Below are positions 58,233 to 64,000 of a stretch of DNA of 64,000 nucleotides, in pieces. The notes below the pieces were generated by a model, which saw nothing but the letters and a program-made list of their open reading frames with translations, did not search any database and was not told the DNA's origin. The DNA lies in NCBI RefSeq assembly GCF_013315695.1, contig NZ_CP054353.1; one strand, 5' to 3'. Source of the DNA: Escherichia coli (GTDB lineage Bacteria; Pseudomonadota; Gammaproteobacteria; Enterobacterales; Enterobacteriaceae). The first letter of the stretch is position 1. Each line of letters begins with the position of its first letter. A program made the translations under genes and the position numbers.

Positions 58233-58247
58233 ACGCAGGGTGAAATT

Positions 58248-58823
58248 ATGGCGATAAAAGGGCTTGATCAGGCGATTGATAATCTGAGCCGGGTTCGTAA
58301 AAACGCCATTCCGGCGGCTTCAGCAATGACGATTAACCGCGTGGCCACAACGGCGATTAATCAGTCTTCATCACAGGTTGCCCGGGAGACAAAGGTACGC
58401 CGGAAACTGGTTAAGGAACGGTCCAGACTGAAACGGGCCACGGTCAGAAATCCGAATGCAAAAATTATCGTTAACCGCGGTGATCTCCCTGTGATTAAGC
58501 TGGGGATCAGAATGCTGGGGCGTCGTCCGGACAGCATACTCAAAGCCGGTCAGCATCGTTATCAGCGGGCATTTATCCAGCGATTAAATAATGGGCGCTG
58601 GCATGTTATGCAACGTCTTCCCCAGGCCAGATATGAGGAGGGCAATGACGACAAGGGAAGGAAAAAGCGTAATCGCCTTCCCATTCAGGTGGTGAAAATC
58701 CCGATGGCGGCCCCACTGAAACAGGCATTTGATGAGAATGTTGACCGTATCCGGCGTGAACGCCTGCCTAAAGAACTGGCATACGCGCTGAAACAACAAC
58801 TGAGGATTGCGATAAAACGATGA
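58248..58823 (+). CDS. minor tail protein Z
   Basis: 191-aa ORF MAIKGLDQAIDNLSR...ARETKVRRKLVKER.RLKRATV, lambda gpZ-like. Confidence 0.85.
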   Translation: MAIKGLDQAIDNLSRVRKNAIPAASAMTINRVATTAINQSSSQVARETKVRRKLVKERSRLKRATVRNPNAKIIVNRGDLPVIKLGIRMLGRRPDSILKAGQHRYQRAFIQRLNNGRWHVMQRLPQARYEEGNDDKGRKKRNRLPIQVVKIPMAAPLKQAFDENVDRIRRERLPKELAYALKQQLRIAIKR

Positions 58824-59215
58824 AACACACTGACATTCGTGCCGCAGTGCTGGATGCACTCGAGCAGCATGAACACGGGGCGACGCTGTTTGATGGTCGC
58901 CCCGTTGTTTTTGACGAAGAGGATTTTCCTGCGATCGCGGTTTATCTGACGGATGCAGAGTATACCGGTGAAGAGCTGGATGCAGATACCTGGCGGGCCA
59001 CGCTGCATATTGAGGTGTTTTTACCGGCACAGGTACCGGATTCAGAGCTTGATCAGTGGATGGAAAGCCGGATTTACCCGGCGATGACTGCGATCCCGGC
59101 ACTGGCAGGACTGATTACCACGATGGTTACGCAGGGCTATGAGTATCGTCGTGATGACGATATGGCGTTATGGAGCTCTGCGGATCTGACTTATTCCATT
59201 ACATACGAGATGTGA
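58820..59215 (+). CDS. tail terminator protein U
   Basis: 131-aa [36 protein letters not shown]..., lambda gpU-like. Confidence 0.85.
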   Translation: MKHTDIRAAVLDALEQHEHGATLFDGRPVVFDEEDFPAIAVYLTDAEYTGEELDADTWRATLHIEVFLPAQVPDSELDQWMESRIYPAMTAIPALAGLITTMVTQGYEYRRDDDMALWSSADLTYSITYEM

Positions 59216-59222
59216 GGACGAT

Positions 59223-59969
59223 ATGGCAACACCAAATCCCCTGGAGCCGGTAAAAGGTGCCGGTACCACTCTGTGGGTTTACAACGGCAAGGCTGATGCT
59301 TATGCAAACCCGTTGTCAGACGATGACTGGCAGCGACTGGCTAAGGTGAAGGATCTGACGCCGGGCGAGATGACGGCTGAATCCTACGATGATAACTACC
59401 TGGATGATGAAGACGCGGACTGGAGCGCGACCGGGCAGGGGCAGAAATCTGCAGGTGATACCAGTTTTACGCTGGCCTGGAAACCGGGAGAGGAAGGTCA
59501 GAAAGGGCTTATAGGCTGGTTTGAAAGCGGCGATGTCCGGGCCTATAAAATCCGTTTTCCGAATGGCACGGTGGATGTGTTTCGTGGCTGGGTCAGCAGT
59601 ATCGGTAAGGCCGTGACGGCGAAAGAAGTGATCACCCGCACGGTGAAAGTCACTAACGTGGGTAAACCTTCTGTAGCGGAAGAACGCAGCAAAATTACGC
59701 CGGTCACTGCGATTAAGGTAACGCCGACAGGTACGGTTGAAAAAGGGAAAACAACCACCCTGACCGTTACTGTGGAACCGGAAAATGCAACGGATAAGAC
59801 ATTCAGGGCGATTTCCGCCGATCCATCAAAAGCCACCATTAGCGTGAAAGATATGACGATTACTGTGACGGGGGTTAAGGATGGAAAAGTCAGCATCCCT
59901 GTGATTTCCGGTAATGGTCAGTTTGCTGCGGTGGCTGAAATTACCGTTAATAATGTGCCGGGTGGCTAA
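59223..59969 (+). CDS. major tail tube protein V (C-terminal Ig-like domain)
   Basis: 248-aa ORF ...[11 protein letters not shown]...[40 protein letters not shown], lambda gpV-like. Confidence 0.9.
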   Translation: MATPNPLEPVKGAGTTLWVYNGKADAYANPLSDDDWQRLAKVKDLTPGEMTAESYDDNYLDDEDADWSATGQGQKSAGDTSFTLAWKPGEEGQKGLIGWFESGDVRAYKIRFPNGTVDVFRGWVSSIGKAVTAKEVITRTVKVTNVGKPSVAEERSKITPVTAIKVTPTGTVEKGKTTTLTVTVEPENATDKTFRAISADPSKATISVKDMTITVTGVKDGKVSIPVISGNGQFAAVAEITVNNVPGG

Positions 59970-59987
59970 AGAGCTGAGAGATAAGCG

Positions 59988-60419
59988 ATGTTCCTGAAAA
60001 CAGAACAATTTGAATATAACGGTGTATCCGTCACGCTTTCTGAGCTGTCTGCGCTGCAGCGTATTGAGCATCTTGCCCTCCTGAAACGGCGGGCAGAAGA
60101 GGCTGAAGCCAGCGGCAACCTGCAGGTGAGTGTGGAAGATCTTGTCAGAACCGGCGCGTTTCTGGTGGCGATGTCCCTGTGGCATAACCATCCACAGAAA
60201 ACGCAGTCACCGTCAATGAATGAGGCCGTGATGAAGATAGAGCAGGAAGTGCTCACCACCTGGCCTGCCGATGCCATTGCCCGGGCGGAAGACGTGGTGT
60301 TGTGCCTGTCCGGGATGATCGAAGCTGTTCGTCCGGATACTGATATTACTGAAGTGGCGAAAAATAACACGCTGACTGATGATGATTTTTCTGCGGGAAA
60401 GTCTTCGACGGCGAGCTGA
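59988..60419 (+). CDS. tail assembly chaperone G
   Basis: 143-aa ORF followed by an overlapping -1 frame ORF (T). Confidence 0.8.
   Translation: MFLKTEQFEYNGVSVTLSELSALQRIEHLALLKRRAEEAEASGNLQVSVEDLVRTGAFLVAMSLWHNHPQKTQSPSMNEAVMKIEQEVLTTWPADAIARAEDVVLCLSGMIEAVRPDTDITEVAKNNTLTDDDFSAGKSSTAS
60395..60401 (+). promoter_or_regulatory. programmed -1 ribosomal frameshift slippery site (G to G-T fusion)
   Basis: Heptamer GGGAAAG at the 3' end of G, as in lambda G/GT; -1 frame continues as ORF 60446..60859. Confidence 0.75.
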
Positions 60420-60445
60420 ACTTTGCCCTCAGACTGGCGCGTGAG

Positions 60446-60859
60446 ATGGGGAGACCCGACTGGCGCGCCATGCTTGCCGGGATGACATCCACCGAATATG
60501 CCGACTGGCACCGTTTTTACCGCACGCATTATTTTCAGGATACCCAGCTGGATATGCATTTTTCCGGGCTGACGTACGCTGTACTCAGCCTGTTTTTTTG
60601 CGATCCGGATATGCATCCCTCTGATTTCAGTCTGCTTGTCCCCCGGCATGAGGAAGAGCAGGTGGAGAGGCCGGATGAGGACAAAATGCTGATGCAGAAA
60701 GCGGCAGGACTTGCCGGAGGCGTCCGGTTCGGTGGGGACGGAGGGCGCGATATTTTATCGTCTGCGGATGTGGCGGATGTCATGGTGGATGATGCCGCAT
60801 TAATGATGGCTTCAGCGGGGATTCCGGGAGGTGTGAGATATGTCCCAGCCGGTTGGTGA
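60446..60859 (+). CDS. T-frame portion of the G-T tail assembly protein
   Basis: 137-aa ORF in the -1 frame relative to G, ends overlapping the H start. Confidence 0.7.
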   Translation: MGRPDWRAMLAGMTSTEYADWHRFYRTHYFQDTQLDMHFSGLTYAVLSLFFCDPDMHPSDFSLLVPRHEEEQVERPDEDKMLMQKAAGLAGGVRFGGDGGRDILSSADVADVMVDDAALMMASAGIPGGVRYVPAGW

Positions 60860-63401
60860 TCTTGTTATTGACCTTAGTCTGGATGCTGTCCGTTTCGATG
60901 AGCAGATGAGCCGGGTAAGGCGTCATTTTTCAGGTCTGGATACCGACGCCAGAAAAACCGCCAGTGCTGTTGAACAGGGCCTGAGCCGCCAGGCGCTGGC
61001 TGCACAAAAAGCAGGGATTTCCGTCGGGCAGTATAAAGCGGCCATGCGAACCCTGCCCGCACAGTTTACGGATATCGCCACGCAGCTTGCCGGTGGTCAG
61101 AATCCCTGGCTGATCCTGCTGCAACAGGGCGGTCAGGTGAAGGACTCCTTCGGCGGGATGATCCCCATGTTCAGGGGGCTTGCCGGTGCGATCACCCTGC
61201 CGATGGTCGGGGTCACCTCGCTGGCGGTGGCGACAGGTGCGCTGGTGTACGCCTGGTACCAGGGAGATTCCACGCTTTCAGCGTTTAATAAAACCCTGGT
61301 TCTTTCCGGTAATCAGTCCGGACTGACTGCCGATCGCATGCTGACGCTCTCCAGAGCCGGACAGGCCGCAGGGCTGACGTTTAACCAGGCGAGTGAGTCA
61401 CTGGCAGCCATGGTGAATGCCGGTGTGCGTGGTGGTGAACAGTTTGATGCCATCAACCAGAGTGTCGCGCGTTTTGCGTCTGCATCCGGTGTGGAGGTGG
61501 ACAAGGTTGCAGAGGCTTTCGGAAAACTGACCACTGACCCGACGTCGGGGCTGATTGCGATGGCGAAGCAGTTCCATAACGTGACGGCGGAGCAGATTGC
61601 GTATGTTGCTCAGTTGCAGCGTTCCGGCGATGAAACCGGGGCATTGCAGGCGGCGAACGAGGCCGCAACGAAAGGGTTTGATGACCAGACCCGCCGCCTG
61701 AAAGAGAACATGGGCACGCTGGAGACCTGGGCAGACAGGACAGCGCGGGCATTCAAATCCATGTGGGATGCGGTGCTGGATATTGGTCGTCCTGATACCG
61801 CGCAGGAGATGCTGATTAAGGCAGAGGCTGCGTTTAAGAAAGCAGACGACATCTGGAATCTGCGCAAGGATGATTATTTTGTTAACGATGAAGCGCGGGC
61901 GCGTTACTGGGATGATCGTGAAAAGGCCCGTCTTGCGCTTGAAGCCGCCCGAAAGAAGGCTGAGCAGCAGACTCAACAGGACAAAAATGCGCAGCAGCAG
62001 AGCGATACCGAAGCGTCACGGCTGAAATATACCGAAGAGGCGCAGAAGGCTTACGAACGGCTGCAGACGCCGCTGGAGAAATATACCGCCCGTCAGGAAG
62101 AACTGAACAAGGCACTGAAAGACGGGAAAATCCTGCAGGCGGATTACAACACGCTGATGGCGGCGGCGAAAAAGGATTATGAAGCGACGCTGAAAAAGCC
62201 GAAACAGTCCGGCGTGAAGGTGTCTGCGGGCGATCGTCAGGAAGACAGTGCTCATGCTGCCCTGCTGACGCTTCAGGCAGAACTCCGGACGCTGGAGAAG
62301 CATGCCGGAGCAAATGAGAAAATCAGCCAGCAGCGCCGGGATTTGTGGAAGGCGGAGAGTCAGTTCGCGGTACTGGAGGAGGCGGCGCAACGTCGCCAGC
62401 TGTCTGCACAGGAGAAATCCCTGCTGGCGCATAAAGATGAGACGCTGGAGTACAAACGCCAGCTGGCTGCACTTGGCGACAAGGTTACGTATCAGGAGCG
62501 CCTGAACGCGCTGGCGCAGCAGGCGGATAAATTCGCACAGCAGCAACGGGCAAAACGGGCCGCCATTGATGCGAAAAGCCGGGGGCTGACTGACCGGCAG
62601 GCAGAACGGGAAGCCACGGAACAGCGCCTGAAGGAACAGTATGGCGATAATCCGCTGGCGCTGAATAACGTCATGTCAGAGCAGAAAAAGACCTGGGCGG
62701 CTGAAGACCTGCTTCGCGGGAACTGGATGGCAGGCCTCAGGTCCGGCTGGAGTGAGTGGGAAGAGAGTGCCACGGACAGTATGTCGCAGGTAAAAAGTGC
62801 TGCCACGCAGACCTTTGACGGTATTGCACAGAATATGGCAGCGATGCTGACCGGCAGCGAACAGAACTGGCGTGGTTTCACCCGTTCTGTGCTGTCCATG
62901 CTGACAGAGATTTTTCTGAAGCAGGCGATGGTGGGGATAGTCGGGAGTATCGGCAGCGCCATTGGCGGTGCTTTCGGTGGTGGTGCGTCTGCCTCCACGG
63001 GGACGGCCATTCAGGCTGCGGCGGCGAACTTCCATTTCGCGACCGGGGGATTTACGGGGACGGGGGGTAAATATGAACCTGCGGGGATTGTTCATCGCGG
63101 GGAGTTTGTCTTCACGAAGGAGGCGACCAGCCGGATTGGTGTCGGCAATCTGTACCGCCTGATGCGGGGCTATGCGGAAGGTGGTTATGTCGGCGGTGCC
63201 GGAAGTCCGGCGCAGATGCGGCGGGCGGAAGGCATTAATTTTAATCAGAACAATCACGTGGTGATTCAGAACGACGGCCCCAACGGGCGGGCAGGGCCGC
63301 AGCTGATGAAAGCGGTGTATGAGATGGCCCGCAAGGGGGCACAGGATGAACTCCGGCTGCAGTTGCGTGATGGCGGTATGTTATCAGGGAGCGGTGGATG
63401 A
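60840..63401 (+). CDS. tail tape-measure protein H
   Basis: 853-aa ORF, same length as lambda gpH, with coiled-coil-rich centre. Confidence 0.9.
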   Translation: MSQPVGDLVIDLSLDAVRFDEQMSRVRRHFSGLDTDARKTASAVEQGLSRQALAAQKAGISVGQYKAAMRTLPAQFTDIATQLAGGQNPWLILLQQGGQVKDSFGGMIPMFRGLAGAITLPMVGVTSLAVATGALVYAWYQGDSTLSAFNKTLVLSGNQSGLTADRMLTLSRAGQAAGLTFNQASESLAAMVNAGVRGGEQFDAINQSVARFASASGVEVDKVAEAFGKLTTDPTSGLIAMAKQFHNVTAEQIAYVAQLQRSGDETGALQAANEAATKGFDDQTRRLKENMGTLETWADRTARAFKSMWDAVLDIGRPDTAQEMLIKAEAAFKKADDIWNLRKDDYFVNDEARARYWDDREKARLALEAARKKAEQQTQQDKNAQQQSDTEASRLKYTEEAQKAYERLQTPLEKYTARQEELNKALKDGKILQADYNTLMAAAKKDYEATLKKPKQSGVKVSAGDRQEDSAHAALLTLQAELRTLEKHAGANEKISQQRRDLWKAESQFAVLEEAAQRRQLSAQEKSLLAHKDETLEYKRQLAALGDKVTYQERLNALAQQADKFAQQQRAKRAAIDAKSRGLTDRQAEREATEQRLKEQYGDNPLALNNVMSEQKKTWAAEDLLRGNWMAGLRSGWSEWEESATDSMSQVKSAATQTFDGIAQNMAAMLTGSEQNWRGFTRSVLSMLTEIFLKQAMVGIVGSIGSAIGGAFGGGASASTGTAIQAAAANFHFATGGFTGTGGKYEPAGIVHRGEFVFTKEATSRIGVGNLYRLMRGYAEGGYVGGAGSPAQMRRAEGINFNQNNHVVIQNDGPNGRAGPQLMKAVYEMARKGAQDELRLQLRDGGMLSGSGG

Positions 63402-63727
63402 AAACCTTTCGCTGGAAAGTGAAGCCGGATATGGAGGTGAACTCGCAGCCATCGGTGCGTGAAGTGCGTTTTGGTGACGGGTACTCACAGCGTATGGCGG
63501 CAGGGCTGAATGCTGACCTGAAAACATACAGGGTGACGCTTTCCGTGACCCGGGAGGAGGCCCGGCATCTGGAAGCGTTCCTGGCAGAGCACGGTGGCTG
63601 GAAGGCATTTTTGTGGAAGCCACCCTATGCATACCGGCAGATAAAGGTGACCTGTGCCGGGTGGTCTGCGCGGGTCGGGATGTTGCGCGTTGAGTTCAGC
63701 GCGGAGTTTAAGCAGGTGGTGAACTGA
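63398..63727 (+). CDS. minor tail protein M
   Basis: 109-aa ORF MKTFRWKVKP...VRFGDGYSQR...VTCAGWSARVGMLRVEFSAEFKQVVN, lambda gpM-like. Confidence 0.9.
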   Translation: MKTFRWKVKPDMEVNSQPSVREVRFGDGYSQRMAAGLNADLKTYRVTLSVTREEARHLEAFLAEHGGWKAFLWKPPYAYRQIKVTCAGWSARVGMLRVEFSAEFKQVVN

Positions 63728-64000
63728 TGCAGGATATTCGCGAAGAAAGTCTGAACGAGTCGGTTAAGTCAGAGCAGTCACCGCGGGTGGTACTCTGGGA
63801 AATCGACCTGACGGTACAGGGTGGTGAGCGGTATTTTTTCTGTAATGAGCTGAATGAAAAAGGGGAGCCGGTCACCTGGCAGGGGCGTAAGTATGAGGCA
63901 TACCCGATTGACGGCAGCGGCTTTGAGATGAACGGCCGGGGCAGCAGTGCCAGACCGTCGCTGACGGTGTCCAATCTGTTCGGTCTGGTCACCGGGATGG
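63727..64000 (+). CDS. minor tail protein L (N-terminal part; continues beyond window)
   Basis: ORF from ATG at 63727: MQDIREESLNESVKSEQSPRVVLWEIDLTVQGGERYFFCNE..., lambda gpL-like. Confidence 0.85.
   Translation, partial: MQDIREESLNESVKSEQSPRVVLWEIDLTVQGGERYFFCNELNEKGEPVTWQGRKYEAYPIDGSGFEMNGRGSSARPSLTVSNLFGLVTGM

Larger units (their letters stand above)
25027..64000 (+). mobile_element. lambda-like (lambdoid) prophage inserted in mlrA/yehV; right end lies beyond the window
   Basis: int and xis at the left junction, cI/cro switch, Q, lysis cassette, cos, and lambda-like Nu1-A-W-B-C-D-E-FI-FII-Z-U-V-G-T-H-M-L gene order. Confidence 0.9.

Noticed and set aside
61398-63257. Several 100-190-aa ORFs on the minus strand inside the tape-measure gene H
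   Set aside because: Antisense shadow ORFs in a repetitive, GC-rich gene; H on the plus strand is uninterrupted and lambda-like
1-64000. CRISPR arrays and cas genes
   Set aside because: No short direct repeats interspersed with unique spacers were seen; the only regular repeats are REP elements, the Rha tandem duplication and the iterons

Overview
This window looks like Escherichia coli chromosome in three parts; all calls are from reading the ORF translations and DNA by eye, with no database search run. (1) 1-9020: core genes ybjS(partial)-ybjT-ltaE-poxB-hcr-hcp-ybjE, all on the minus strand. (2) About 9160-10800: an IS110/IS1111-family insertion sequence (DEDD-type transposase, 9313-10338) with a GC-rich, hairpin-rich 3' non-coding tail. 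It sits at a synteny breakpoint: its right flank is yohP-mdtQ-yohF-yohD-yohC-pbpG-dld-bglX-osmF(yehZ)-yehYXW-yohO-mlrA, a block that in K-12 (from memory) lies about 1.3 Mb away from ybjE. (3) About 25027-64000 (continuing past the window): a lambda-like prophage inserted into the 5' end of mlrA (yehV), removing the MlrA N-terminus. The prophage has int/xis; a mosaic early-left region (PD-(D/E)xK-like nuclease, Ea22-like, HD-hydrolase, RdgC-like); a cI/cro switch flanked by a shared 18-bp operator-like motif; tandemly duplicated Rha-family genes; an O-like replication gene with internal iterons; a Dam-like methyltransferase; a LexA-N-domain protein; RusA; two KilA-N proteins; a DUF968-like protein; and a Q antiterminator. 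Downstream of Q, where Stx phages carry stx, there is an AT-rich cargo locus: an unrecognised 214-aa protein whose ribosome-binding site is buried in a hairpin, a small HTH protein and an AraC-family regulator. This is followed by three tRNA genes, an nanS-p-like esterase, a phage-21-type lysis cassette with two extra small genes, cos, and lambda-like head and tail genes Nu1 through L. The terminase large-subunit gene carries a frameshift in a G-run. I found no CRISPR array, rRNA or stx genes. The most likely candidates for something undescribed are the Q-downstream cargo locus and the roughly 610-nt structured, ORF-free leader between the cI-distal operator and the first early-left gene.
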